The position numbers were made by a program, and so were the translations under genes. The notes under the pieces are model-generated. The model was not told the origin of the DNA. It searched no databases and saw only the letters and a program-made list of their open reading frames with translations. Positions 30,037 to 41,077 of a stretch of DNA of 64,000 bases are shown here, in pieces. Every line of letters begins with the position of its first letter. The stretch's first letter is position 1. Origin of the DNA: Candidatus Methanomethylophilaceae archaeon (GTDB lineage: Archaea > Thermoplasmatota > Thermoplasmata > Methanomassiliicoccales > Methanomethylophilaceae); the NCBI GenBank assembly GCA_944320495.1, contig CALUHR010000006.1:1-64000 (forward strand), read 5' to 3'.

Positions 30037-31251
30037 ATGGCTGCACACAGAGTCGTATGTTGGGATTGCGGCGAGGAGGTCGACGACCCCTTCGTGAACA
30101 CCTGCCCCAGGTGCGGCGGCCTTCTGACCGTCAAGATGGACCTGGAGCCCGTCAAGGAGATGAAGCCCGAGGACCTGCGCTCCACGCCCATCGGCGTCTG
30201 GAGATACGCCCCGTTCATGCCCGTGGACCCCGCCCACAAGGTGTCTATACAGGAGGGCGGAACCCCTCTGTACTCCACCAGGGCGCTCGGGGCCGAGATC
30301 GGCGTCGAGAACACCTTCGTCAAGTTCGAGGGACTCAACCCCACCGGCTCCTTCAAGGACCGCGGCATGACCATCGGCGTATCCCGCGCCAAGGAGCTCG
30401 GGGCCAAGGTCGTCGGATGCGCGTCCACCGGCAACACCTCCGCCGCCCTCGCAGCCTACGCGGCCAAGGCAGGCATGAAGTGCGCAGTGTTCCTACCCTC
30501 CGGCAAGGTCGCCATGGGAAAGCTCGCCCAGGCCCTGTTCTTCGGGGCCAAGGTCCTGTCCATCGACGGGAACTTCGACGACGCCCTCGCCCTCGCCAGG
30601 AAGATGTCCGAGGAGAGGAAGCTGTACCTTCTCAACTCGATCAACCCATACAGGCCCGAGGGTCAGAAGTCCGTGCTCTTCGAGATCATGGACCAGCTCA
30701 GGTACGAGGTCCCCGACAGGATCATCCTGCCCGTCGGCAATGCCGCCAACATATGGGCCGTCTACAAGGCGATCACCGAGCTCCAGGAGGTCGGATGGAT
30801 CGACAAGGTCCCGATGCTCACCGGCATCCAGGCCGAGGGGGCCTCGCCTGTCGCCCGCGCCTTCTCGCAGCACACCGACGACTTCATCCCCGAGGAGCAC
30901 CCCGAGACCGTCGCCACCGCCATCAGGATCGGCAACCCGATCAGCGGCAGGAAGGCCCTCAAGGCGATCTACTCCACCGGAGGATACGCCACCACCGTCA
31001 CCGACGAGGAGATCATCTCCGCCCAGCAGCTTCTCGGCAGGAAGGAGGGCGTCTGCGTGGAGCCCGCCTCCGCCGCGTCCGTCGCAGGGCTCAGGAAGCT
31101 CCGCGCCGAGGGCATCGTGGACAGGGACGAGCGTGTGGTCTGCATCTGCACCGGCAACGGTCTGAAGGACCCCGACACCATCATCAACAACTGTCCCCCG
31201 CCCATAAAGTGCGGGAACTCCGTGGCCGACGTCGAGAAGGCCCTGGAGTGA
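30037..31251 (+). CDS. thrC: Threonine synthase
   Basis: EGGTPL, NPTGSFKDRG, ASTGNTSA, NSINPYR.EGQK, PVGNAAN, EPASAAS, TGNGLKDP. Confidence 0.97.
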   Translation: MAAHRVVCWDCGEEVDDPFVNTCPRCGGLLTVKMDLEPVKEMKPEDLRSTPIGVWRYAPFMPVDPAHKVSIQEGGTPLYSTRALGAEIGVENTFVKFEGLNPTGSFKDRGMTIGVSRAKELGAKVVGCASTGNTSAALAAYAAKAGMKCAVFLPSGKVAMGKLAQALFFGAKVLSIDGNFDDALALARKMSEERKLYLLNSINPYRPEGQKSVLFEIMDQLRYEVPDRIILPVGNAANIWAVYKAITELQEVGWIDKVPMLTGIQAEGASPVARAFSQHTDDFIPEEHPETVATAIRIGNPISGRKALKAIYSTGGYATTVTDEEIISAQQLLGRKEGVCVEPASAASVAGLRKLRAEGIVDRDERVVCICTGNGLKDPDTIINNCPPPIKCGNSVADVEKALE

Positions 31252-31314
31252 ACATCAAAGGGTCGGCCGTCAGGTCGACCCACCTTTTCTCTCATCGTTG
31301 TCAAAGGCATTCCA

Positions 31315-31761
31315 TCGGACCAGGTCGTGCAGGCGTGCGTGGTCCCTTTTCATGGCATCGAACTCAGCATTCGGACAATTCCTTTCCAGGACCTGCAGGG
31401 CTCTCGCAACATCCCTCGGAGAGATGGCGATCATGTCCCCGCGGCCGTGGCCGTACCAGACCTGGACGCATCTCGTATGCGGACTGCTCACTTCAACGAC
31501 TCTCCGGATGTCGACATAGAGGACGCGACTCCTTCCCTACTGGATCGGATCACGCACAGTGATGCCGGTCCCATCGAACGCATAGCATGTCAAGGAAGGA
31601 ATCATGACGAGGTAGAGCTCGATGAAGAACAGGATCCCGATCATCAGCCGACACCTCTCCGGCATTGCCAGTATCATCAGGAGCACGATGACGAGCGAGA
31701 GCACCATGCACAGATGGATTGCGGGACCTGCCCTACCTCTCAATCTGATGATGTCGGACAT
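31315..31761 (-). CDS. Membrane protein, 2 TM + bacterial PH-like domain, with internal TAG (31537-31539) and CGA end
   Basis: Two track ORFs are in one frame separated only by TAG; joined product has TM-TM-T.Y.F....I.VR...V.Y.DI..V...I.ISP.D....L pattern. Confidence 0.6.
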
Positions 31762-31804
31762 GGATAACCCATCTTCTGTATGAGATTCGTCAGAGTCGAT
31801 GTTC

Positions 31805-34096
31805 TCGGAAATCGAAGAGGCTGGCCTGTCTCGGGCCCGCCTCGCCCTTGCCTTCTTCCTTCTTCTCTTCGACGACGGTCTCGGAGGGTGCGTCTGCATC
31901 GCCGGGCTCCCCGTATGCGGCGGCCATCTCGTCGATCAGCGCCTCCTCCTCGGATGGGGACGTGTATCCGACCGGCTCCGCCGACTTTCCCGCCTGCCTG
32001 AGCATGGCCTCCGCCATCCCTCTGCCGATCCCGGGGACCGTCGACAGCACCGACACGTCGGAGGCGGCGACCTCCGCCTTGGTCCTGATCCCCCTGTCGA
32101 AGAGGGCCCTGGCCCTGGCCCTGCCGATGCCACGGAGGGACACGAGGTCCATCAGCTCCTCCTTTACGCCGTAGCGTATCCTGGTGGAGAGCGGTCTGAT
32201 CCTTCTGATCGCGGGCGGGTTGAAGATGTAGGCGATCTCGCCCATGGCGTAGATCATCCAGTCCATCATGTCGATGCGGCTGCGGATGTCGCCGGGTCCG
32301 ATGCCGAACCCCGAGGTCATGGTGCCCTCCGGCACCTCCGAGATCCAGTCCTCGGTGACCAAGGCGACCTTCAGGTCGCTGCCGAAGAGCTCGTACATGT
32401 AGTCGTCGCGCTCCGCCGGGTCCACCAGCAGATCATCCTCGTGCTCCGCCTCGAACGCGGACACGCGCTCCTCGTCGCACTTCTTGGGGTACATGCCGAG
32501 CACGTCGGGAGTCATGGCGGCCGCCACGAGTATCAGCAGCTCGTCCGTGTCCTCATCCATCTTCATCACGGCGTCCCTGAGGATGGAGGCGGACTCGGGG
32601 TCGATGCACAGGTCGGAGACCCTCCTCCCGAACGGGAGGACCTCAATCGTCCCTCCCTGGCGGCGGACCATCTGCTCCCTCTCCAGGAAGTCGACGACGC
32701 TCTCCACCGCGCTCTCCACTCCGAACATCTGGGACGTGGCCCCGTAGAACGTGCGGCGCAGGAACTCCACGATGGATTCCTCGGAGTCGGCGTCGCCGGT
32801 CGCGAGAACCCCAAGGATGTGCGTCCTGATGACGTTCCCGTTGAACAGCTGGGACTGCACCCTCTCCGTGTCGTGCTCGATGTAGTCCTCCCTCAGATGG
32901 CCGGCGTCGCGGACGTTCTTCGCCATGAGGACGGCCTCGCCGTAGGGGTCGTATCCCGGCCTCCCGGCGCGTCCGCACATCTGCTTGACCTCCATCACCG
33001 GGATGGGCACGCTGCCTCCGTTCTCGAAGCGGGTGGTGTCCCTCACGATGACCCTGCGGGCCGGGAGGTTGATCCCGGCGGCGAGCGTCGGCGTCGCGAC
33101 GATGCACTTGATCAGCCCCGACTTGAAACCGTCCTCCACGGTGCGGCGCTGCCTGTAGGTAAGCCCCGCGTTGTGGAACGCAGCCCCTCCTGCAACGCAC
33201 TGAGCCAGCTTCCTGCCGACATCGGTGGCCTCCGCATCCCCCTCGAGGGCGGACCTCTCCGCCGCCGACAGGGCCCTGCCGTGGCCATGTGCCAGCTTCT
33301 CGGCGAGACGTGATGCTGCGGCCTCTGTGGACCTGCGGGAGCTGACGAAGACCAGGCACTGCCCGCCCGAGTCCAGGGTCTGCATGACGAGAGCCTCCAG
33401 ATCGTCCTTCGGATTGGGGACGTCCAGGGATGACCCGTCGTCGAAAGTGATCCTCCCGTCCAGGTAGACGCCCTCCCTAAGGGGGACCGGCCTCCATGAG
33501 CTCCTGACCAGGTCCGCGTCCAGCCAGTTGGCCAGGTCGATGGCGTTGGAGATGGTCGCCGACAGGGCGATGATCTGGAGATCCGGGTTCCTGCCCATCA
33601 TCTTGGTCAGCGTGACCTCGAGCGTGGGCCCCCTCCCCGGGTCGTGGATCATGTGGACCTCATCCGCGATGACGAGTCTCACGTCCCTCATCCAGGGGCT
33701 CCCGTGCCTGATCATGGAGTCGGCCTTCTCGGAGGTGGCGACCACCACATCGGCATCGGACAGCCCGCGGTCGTCACTGTCCAGATCCCCGGTGCTCATG
33801 TGAATCCTGAATCCCAGCCTCTCGGAGAAGACGTCGAAGTCGTCCCTCTTCTCGGCGGCGAGAGCCTTCAGCGGAACGATGTAGAGGACCTTCCCGCCGC
33901 GCTGTGCCAGCAGCTTGAGGGCGGGGACCATGCCGATGAGCGACTTCCCGCTCGCCGTCGGTATGGCGGCGACTAGGTTCCTCCCCTCAAGGGCTTTGGG
34001 TATAGCCTCGGCCTGCGGGGGATGGAGCTCCCTGAACCCTGCGGACATGAGCGCGTCCGCGACCGAGTCCGGGATGTCCAGCTCATCGACCCTCAT
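31805..34096 (-). CDS. hel308: Ski2-like SF2 helicase Hel308/Hjm (CGA-terminated)
   Basis: PTASGKS, ADEVH, GRGPTLE, ALSATI, FHNAGL, TPTLAAGINLPARRV, QMCGRAGRPG; ends QASLFDF-CGA. Confidence 0.95.
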
Positions 34097-34202
34097 ATCG
34101 ACTGGAACCGTGGGGCATCATTTCTAGCTAACGGGTAGAGTCGGCGTTTCCGGAGCAAACCTACGCGCATCTATAAGAAGGGGGGCATTATGGGGTGTCA
34201 GA

Positions 34203-35282
34203 ATGAGCCCCAAGAGCGTTTCTTTTCTGGCAATTGCACTCGTGGCGATACTCGCCGCGCCGGTCATGTCCGCCGTGGCGGATGCGGACGCCGGACAGAG
34301 CTCCGGATTCTACCGCGACCAGCTGGACGCCAACGGTCAGGGGCTCTACGATGAGGTCGCTGCGACCCTCGCCGCACTCGAGGAGGCCCCAGTCAACGAG
34401 GCCAAGATCTCGTACATCATGTCCTCCGTCCCATCGACAGAGGCGGACGCCGTCTCCTACGCGCAGTCCGTCGTGTCCGACGCGCTGGCCGCCCTGTACC
34501 TTTGCGACCCCTCGTACGTCTGGCTGTGGGACTACCCCATCTCGAATGTGGCGATCGGCACGTCGTCCTTCGATCCCGTTTCCGGGACCATCGCGGTCAC
34601 GTTCTCGCTGGCCGTCCCGGACAGGTACGCCGACGACCCCGAGACCGAGGCCAACGAGCTCGCGGAGACGATCGCCGACTTCAGGGGGAAGATCGAGGTC
34701 TTCGAGGGCGATGCGCTCTCGATCGTGCAGTCGGTCAACGACGTCCTCAGGGACACCAGGGTCTCGGACGACCAGGAGGCCACCGAGGATCAGGAGGCGA
34801 CCGTCAGCAGTCCCCTGGACGCACTGAACGGGGAGTCCTCGTCCGCGGGCATCGCCGCGGCCTTCACCGTGCTCTGCAACGCCAGCGGTCTGGAGTGCGT
34901 AACCGTGAGGGGATACGCCCCCTCGGACGATGCCGAGGACGGGAGGGAGACCGTCTACTGGAACCTCGTCATGTACGAGGGCGGATGGTACGGCGTGGAC
35001 TGCACCCTCAACTCGGAGGAGGCCAAGAACTGCCTCCTCGCCGGGTCCTCCACCAGGATGGTCGTCGGTGGCACCTACGAGAGGTTCGGCGGCATACGTG
35101 CGGCCGACCTCGACATGGCGGACCCGAACTCGCTCGAGGCCCCGTCCATGACCGTGGTCGGATACGAGTGGCCGGACGACAGCACCTTCCTCGAGAAGTA
35201 CGGACTCTACATCATACTGGTCCTGATGTGCGCCATCATCTTCGGCGTGCTCATACACGCGATGCGCAACGGCGCACTATGA
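34203..35282 (+). CDS. Secreted, C-terminally anchored transglutaminase-like protein (catalytic triad degenerate)
   Basis: Signal peptide; AGIAAAF..LC...G.EC..V.G; YWNLV...GGWY.VD; C-terminal TM. Confidence 0.65.
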   Translation: MSPKSVSFLAIALVAILAAPVMSAVADADAGQSSGFYRDQLDANGQGLYDEVAATLAALEEAPVNEAKISYIMSSVPSTEADAVSYAQSVVSDALAALYLCDPSYVWLWDYPISNVAIGTSSFDPVSGTIAVTFSLAVPDRYADDPETEANELAETIADFRGKIEVFEGDALSIVQSVNDVLRDTRVSDDQEATEDQEATVSSPLDALNGESSSAGIAAAFTVLCNASGLECVTVRGYAPSDDAEDGRETVYWNLVMYEGGWYGVDCTLNSEEAKNCLLAGSSTRMVVGGTYERFGGIRAADLDMADPNSLEAPSMTVVGYEWPDDSTFLEKYGLYIILVLMCAIIFGVLIHAMRNGAL

Positions 35283-35345
35283 ATCCGCGGGAGTTATGAA
35301 TGACTATTAATACAAGAACAAACACAGTGATTTCAGGAGGATATC

Positions 35346-37451
35346 ATGGCTGAGAAGAAGGCTGAACCGAAGCTCTCGACCAGGTCCGTGGAGGAATGGG
35401 CCGAGGACCAGACGTTCACCACCACCGAGGAGATCGAGATACCCAAGCTGATGGCTGACCGTGTCATCGGCCAGGAGGATGCGGTGGAGGTCATGAGGAA
35501 GGCGGCCGGTCAGAAGAGGCATGTCATGCTCATCGGCGAGCCCGGTACCGGGAAGTCCATGCTGGCGAACTCCATGGTCGAGTACCTTCCCAAGGAGGAG
35601 CTCCAGGACATCGTCGCCTACCACAACCCCGAGGACTTCAACGAGCCGAGGATAAGGGTTTTCCCCGCCGGCAAGGGCAAGGCAGTGGTCGCCGAGCAGA
35701 AGGCAGCCGCTGCGGCGCAGAAGAACCAGCGCAACACCGTGTACATCTACGCGTGCCTCGGGCTGGTCCTGCTCGGAGTCCTGGGCGCAATCCTGTTCAG
35801 CAACCTGACCATCGCGCTCATCGCCATGATGGCCGCATTCCTGATCCTGATCCTCTTCAGGGGGAACGGTCCGGCGCCCAGAGAGACTGCCATCGTCCCC
35901 AAGCTCCTGGTCGGCCACGATCCGGGCGACCTCCCGCCGTTCATAGACGCCACCGGCACCCATGCCGGAGCGCTGCTCGGCGACGTCAGGCACGACCCGT
36001 TCCAGTCCGGAGGACTCGAGACCCCGTCCCACGACAGGATCGAGCCAGGGGACATCCACAAGGCCAACAAGGGAGTCCTCTACATCGACGAGATCAACAT
36101 GCTGAGGATGGAGTCCCAGCAGGCTCTGCTCACCGCCATGCAGGAGAAGAAGATGGCCATCACTGGCCAGTCCGAGCGCTCCTCCGGTGCGCTGGTCAAG
36201 TCCGAGCCCGTCCCCTGCGACTTCGTGCTCGTGTGCGCTGGTAATCTGGACGCGCTCCAGGGAATGCATCCCGCTCTCAGGTCGAGGATACGCGGATACG
36301 GATACGAGGTGTACATGCGCAGCACCATGCCGGACACCGAGGAGAACCGTGACAACATCACCCGTTTCGTCGCCCAGGAGGTCCGCAAGGACGGGAAGAT
36401 CCCCCACTTCGACAAGTATGCCGTCGGGGAGATCCTCAGGGAGGCCCAGCGCCGCTCCGGCAGGAAGGGGGAGCTCACCCTCAGGATGAGGGAGCTCGGA
36501 GGACTCATCCGCGTCAGCGGGGACGTCGCCATCAGGCGCGGGGGCAAGTTCGTCACCGCCGCCGACGTCAATGCCGCAAGGGTCACCGCCCGCAGCCTCG
36601 AGCAGCAGATCGCGGACAGGTCCGTGGAGGCAATGAAGTCCTACTCCCTGTTCCAGACCTCCGGCACTGCGGTCGGCATGATCAACGGTCTCGCTGCGCT
36701 CAATGCCAGCTCCAACATGGCGGAGTACTCCGGAATCGTGCTCCCCCTCGTGGCCGAGGTCACCCCGTCCCAGGTCAAGCGCTCCGGGCACGTTATCGCG
36801 ACCGGTCAGCTGGGGACCATCGCCAAGGAGGCGGTGGACAACATCCTGTCCGTCATCAAGAAGTACACCATGACGAACCTGTCCGACTGCGACATCCACC
36901 TGCAGTACGTCGGCACCTACGACGGTGTCGAGGGCGACTCCGCGTCCATCACCATGGCGACCGTCATCATCTCCGCGCTGGAGAACATCCCCATCCGCCA
37001 GGACCTGGCCATGACCGGGTCCCTGAACGTCAGGGGCAAGGTCCTGCCCGTCGGGGGCGTCACCGCCAAGCTGGAGGCCGCCGCCGAGTCCGGGATCAGG
37101 ATGGCGATCATCCCCAAGGACAACGCCAAGGACGTCATGATCCAGAACAGGTACTACGAGACGATGGAGATCTACACGGTGCAGACCATCCGCGACGTGT
37201 TCGAGCTCGCCTTCGCCGACTGCCCCATGAAGCAGCAGTACCTGGACAAGCTCCAGCCGCTCATGGTCGACGGCAGGTCGACCTACGAGAGGCTAGAGCC
37301 CCCGAAGAAGATGCCCACCCTCGAGGAGCTCGAGGCGGAGCACCCGCCCGTGGAGCCCGCCGCTCCCGCCGAGGCGCCCGCGCAGGAGCCCCAGATCGAG
37401 GTCCCGGCCCCTGTCGAGACCCCGGTGCCCGGCAACCCGGCGCCCCAGTGA
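35346..37451 (+). CDS. lonB: Archaeal membrane-bound Lon protease
   Basis: GEPGTGKS, TM insertion, LGDVRHDPFQSGG, YIDEI, EGDSAS Ser and GGVTAK Lys dyad. Confidence 0.97.
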   Translation: MAEKKAEPKLSTRSVEEWAEDQTFTTTEEIEIPKLMADRVIGQEDAVEVMRKAAGQKRHVMLIGEPGTGKSMLANSMVEYLPKEELQDIVAYHNPEDFNEPRIRVFPAGKGKAVVAEQKAAAAAQKNQRNTVYIYACLGLVLLGVLGAILFSNLTIALIAMMAAFLILILFRGNGPAPRETAIVPKLLVGHDPGDLPPFIDATGTHAGALLGDVRHDPFQSGGLETPSHDRIEPGDIHKANKGVLYIDEINMLRMESQQALLTAMQEKKMAITGQSERSSGALVKSEPVPCDFVLVCAGNLDALQGMHPALRSRIRGYGYEVYMRSTMPDTEENRDNITRFVAQEVRKDGKIPHFDKYAVGEILREAQRRSGRKGELTLRMRELGGLIRVSGDVAIRRGGKFVTAADVNAARVTARSLEQQIADRSVEAMKSYSLFQTSGTAVGMINGLAALNASSNMAEYSGIVLPLVAEVTPSQVKRSGHVIATGQLGTIAKEAVDNILSVIKKYTMTNLSDCDIHLQYVGTYDGVEGDSASITMATVIISALENIPIRQDLAMTGSLNVRGKVLPVGGVTAKLEAAAESGIRMAIIPKDNAKDVMIQNRYYETMEIYTVQTIRDVFELAFADCPMKQQYLDKLQPLMVDGRSTYERLEPPKKMPTLEELEAEHPPVEPAAPAEAPAQEPQIEVPAPVETPVPGNPAPQ

Positions 37452-37458
37452 AACCATC

Positions 37459-37487
37459 GGCCCGAAAGGGCCATCTCCCTTTCTTTT
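37459..37487 (+). terminator. Hairpin plus T-rich tail
   Basis: GGCCC-GAAA-GGGCC then CCCTTTCTTTT after the lonB stop. Confidence 0.6.
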
Positions 37488-37564
37488 AGAGCTACATCAA
37501 ACGTTGGGACTACCCATCCACCAGACATCTGCTTAAGTACCAATGAGCCGATGTCATGTAGGGT

Positions 37565-39805
37565 ATGGAGATGGGGGCCAATCATTCGATTCACTTGGTT
37601 ATAGGAATGGTCGCGATCCTGGCGGTGGCGACGTCGTTCATCGCCATGGACTGCTCAGCGGAGGATCCGTCCGATGCTGTCACCATCGAACAAGATGGGA
37701 TTTTATACGATCTCGAAAGCAGCAATCCTTATGATCCGACGGCCTCCGTGATCGGCTTGGCCGACGGATTCGATGGAGACAGCGTCTCGATACCGTCCGA
37801 GGTCACATACGGAGGGGATGATTACAGGGTGTGGAACGTATCCTCCGGTGCTTTCGAGGGTCAGACGGGCATCGTCTCGGTGAAGCTGCCTCAAACAATC
37901 TCATATCTGGGACCCCGCGCCTTCGCGGGATGCACCTCCCTGGTGGATATCAACATTCCTAGCAGGGTGACAGTGCTCCGCGAGACCTTTGTGGGATGCA
38001 CGTCTCTCGAATCCATCATCCTCACCGGCAACTATTACACCACCTATCTCCAGGGGACCTTTGCGGGATGTGTCAACCTGAGGGACGTGGCCATATTCTG
38101 GACGGTCGAGGTCGGGGACGACACCTTTGCCGGATGCGAATCGCTGACCAACATCTCAACGAATCGCATAGCGAGCCTCGGGGACCGTTCCTTCATGGGC
38201 TGCACCTCGCTCGAAAGTCTGGACCTCGGGAGTCTGAATCTTCACGGCGGGATATCCGAGATAGGCGACAGCGCGTTCGCTGGATGTAGTTCGCTGACAT
38301 CTGTCGACATACGCGATCCGAGCCATCTGAGGGTTGGGGACAGGGCCTTCGCGGACTGCATCTCGCTCTCATCCGTCAGCATAGACGAAGGAGTGGAATC
38401 TCTCGGGGACGGTGTGTTCTCTGGATGCGCCTCCCTGTCATCCATCTCGTTCCTGGACGATTCGTGTGAGGTGGGAAAGGACGTCTTCCTCGGCTACGGG
38501 TCCATCTCCCATGTTCGGATACACAGTCCGGAGGTCCTCGGTCAACTGGCTCTCGGTGACGGTCTTGTGACCCTGGCCGTCGGAGGGGGCATCACTGACA
38601 TCTCCGGAACGTTGTTCCCAGCCCTCGCTAACCTCAGGACGCTCGTGATCGAGGATGGCGTCGAGTCAGTGGACGACGGCGCATTCACAGGCTCCCACGG
38701 TCTGGAGCTCATCGCGGTCCCCGGATCCCTTGCGACTATAGGGGAATCTGCCTTCGATGTGGAGGGGCAGTGCATGGTGGCCGGTCCGGACGGCTGCCTC
38801 GATTCGGCAGGTGTGGCCGATCCGCACTACGGGAACCTGATAGTCTACGACGTCTCCGGAAGGCCGGACATGGTGAGCCATCGTTTGTACGGCTGGGCCG
38901 AACCAGGGGACGCGGTGGTCCCCGGGATCGAGGACCTGGACGGATGCACGGTCGCTGTCACCATCGGCGAAGAGGAAGTCCGTGACGGATTCACCATGCC
39001 CGACAGCGATGTGAGCGTGAACGTCAGATACGATGATGGTCAGCGTTTTGTGGCGTACTTCGATCGCAACGTCCTCGTTTCCTATTACTGGGTGCACATC
39101 GGGGACCAGATTCCGATCCCGGAGGATCCCCACATCGCCAGTTCGGATGATTACACATACGAGTTCACCGGATGGCGCGATCTCGTTCCCGGTGACGTCG
39201 TCACGGGCAGCGTGTGGCTCAATTCCGAATACAGAGCAATCCTCACTGATGATTCTGGAGCCGAGACAATCGACGGCATCATAGAGTTCGATGATGCGAT
39301 CGACTTTCCGCTCCACATACCCGGGGATGTAGCTCACGATTTGCTCGCCAGGACGATCGTGGAGGGGGCGGACGGGGTCTCCTTCTCACTGAGCTCCGGA
39401 TATAATATTGTGTGGATCACATTGGATGCCGGGGATCTGGCCAATATCGATGAAGACGGTCTGACCATCAGCATATCCCAGCCCGATCTCTTCCTCTATC
39501 ATGTGGACCTGGATGCATCCGAAGGTGTGACTGTCGACGTAGACCTTCCATGGAGGTCGTCCGATATGACGACGACTGTGGATCTCGTCGGAGAGGATGG
39601 TTCGCTGCAGAGGCAGGAGAGCAGCAGTGTCTGGCACGGCTGGCGCTTTGTAAGGTTCACCGTGAGCGAATCTGGAACATATCAGACGGACAACAGTGGG
39701 ATAGATTCGGATCGCGGGTTCATGATCGTATTGGGGGTGTTCGTCCTCCTGGTGGCTGTTGCCACGGTTGTCTCCATCTACGTCAGGAACAGGGAGCATT
39801 CCTGA
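37565..39805 (+). CDS. BspA-type (LRR_5) leucine-rich-repeat surface protein
   Basis: Signal peptide; repeats of I.D.AF.GC.SL.SI; C-terminal TM with basic tail. Confidence 0.88.
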   Translation: MEMGANHSIHLVIGMVAILAVATSFIAMDCSAEDPSDAVTIEQDGILYDLESSNPYDPTASVIGLADGFDGDSVSIPSEVTYGGDDYRVWNVSSGAFEGQTGIVSVKLPQTISYLGPRAFAGCTSLVDINIPSRVTVLRETFVGCTSLESIILTGNYYTTYLQGTFAGCVNLRDVAIFWTVEVGDDTFAGCESLTNISTNRIASLGDRSFMGCTSLESLDLGSLNLHGGISEIGDSAFAGCSSLTSVDIRDPSHLRVGDRAFADCISLSSVSIDEGVESLGDGVFSGCASLSSISFLDDSCEVGKDVFLGYGSISHVRIHSPEVLGQLALGDGLVTLAVGGGITDISGTLFPALANLRTLVIEDGVESVDDGAFTGSHGLELIAVPGSLATIGESAFDVEGQCMVAGPDGCLDSAGVADPHYGNLIVYDVSGRPDMVSHRLYGWAEPGDAVVPGIEDLDGCTVAVTIGEEEVRDGFTMPDSDVSVNVRYDDGQRFVAYFDRNVLVSYYWVHIGDQIPIPEDPHIASSDDYTYEFTGWRDLVPGDVVTGSVWLNSEYRAILTDDSGAETIDGIIEFDDAIDFPLHIPGDVAHDLLARTIVEGADGVSFSLSSGYNIVWITLDAGDLANIDEDGLTISISQPDLFLYHVDLDASEGVTVDVDLPWRSSDMTTTVDLVGEDGSLQRQESSSVWHGWRFVRFTVSESGTYQTDNSGIDSDRGFMIVLGVFVLLVAVATVVSIYVRNREHS

Positions 39806-39933
39806 TGGCAAACAAATCTGTACGACATTGGCGTACGATCGCCTCCGTCCGTGATCGCATGGTCCGGACGGAGGGTCTTCACTCCGATTTCCATCCATCA
39901 ACCGTAAATAGGACGCACCCGCCTCTCTGATAC

Positions 39934-40535
39934 ATGGACCTCGAGATCGCTGCCTCCGCGCTGGAGAGCAGGGGTTACTCAGTGTCGATCCATTCGGACA
40001 GGCTTCCGCAAGGGACCACATAGTCTCTGGATGCCGGGGATGCGTGATCGGGTTCGGCGACTCCCGCACTCTGGAGGCAATGGCCCTCGGCGATGCGCTC
40101 TCAGGCTCCTGCACCGTCATCGACCCGGCCCGGACCACGGACAACGACTCATTCCTAGAGGTGGCCCGCTGGGCGATGTCCGCGGACGTGTTCGTGACAT
40201 CTGTCAACGCCATGTCCGAGGACGGCGTCATCGTGAACATCGACGGCACCGGCAACAGGGTCGCCGGCTCGCTATTCGGTCATCGCAGGATGATCTACGT
40301 CATCTCCCGCAACAAGATCGTCCCGGACTTGGATTCCGCCATCGAACGCGCCCGGAACGTCGCCGCACCCATGAACGCCAGGAGATACGGTCTCAGGACG
40401 CCATGCGTGAGGGACGGCAGGTGTCATGACTGCCGTTCTCCTGACCGTATATGCAACGCGCTCCTCGTCCAGCTCCGTAGCATGAACGACATGGATGAGG
40501 AGGTCGTGCTGATCGACGAGGACCTGGGTTTCCGA
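39934..40535 (+). CDS. LUD-domain (lactate utilisation LutC/YkgG-like) protein; 1-nt frameshift near 40001; CGA end
   Basis: MDLEIAASALESRGYSVS in one frame, GFGDSRTL...NIDGTGNRV...C.DC.SPDRICN...DEDLGF-CGA in the next. Confidence 0.8.
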
Positions 40536-40542
40536 GGTCCTC

Positions 40543-41016
40543 TCGCATCGATCCTATGCGGGAGTGCAGACCCTCCTCACCCCAGACGATCCTGTCCAGA
40601 TCCCCGTCGTTCCTGTCAACGGTTGTGATGATGAAGGACAGCAGGGCGCGGAGGAAGTCTTCGGACGGCACGTTCCCCTGGTAGGGGCAGACGTACTCGA
40701 ATGTTACCATCCCCTTGTCAGGATGGAGGACGAAGCATCCCAGTTCGACCTCGCCGTTCAGTGCATTGATCGCCCGCAGGACCTCTGTCTGCCTCTCCTC
40801 CGGGACGGTGATGCCCAGCACCGAGGAGATCGTGAGCCATCCGTTCTCCGCCGTGGCCAGCAGACCAATCTCCATGTCATCTCCCGGGATGATGCAGTCG
40901 AGGCTCAGCCCGCTCTCATCCCTGTTGCGCTCGTCGGAGACATCCCCGATGATCCTCCAGATGGTCTCGAGCACCATCTTGTCAATCTTTCCCTGAAAGT
41001 CGAACAGCCCTGCCAT
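40543..41016 (-). CDS. YbjN-like (type III secretion chaperone fold) protein, CGA-terminated
   Basis: V...L..IN..N.....G.F.L....G.V.F pattern; first CGA at 40543-40545. Confidence 0.7.
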
Positions 41017-41077
41017 CGGAATCGCCTACATGTGTCGTATGCATCGTCCCTTTATAGATGGGAGCCAATCGGCAATC

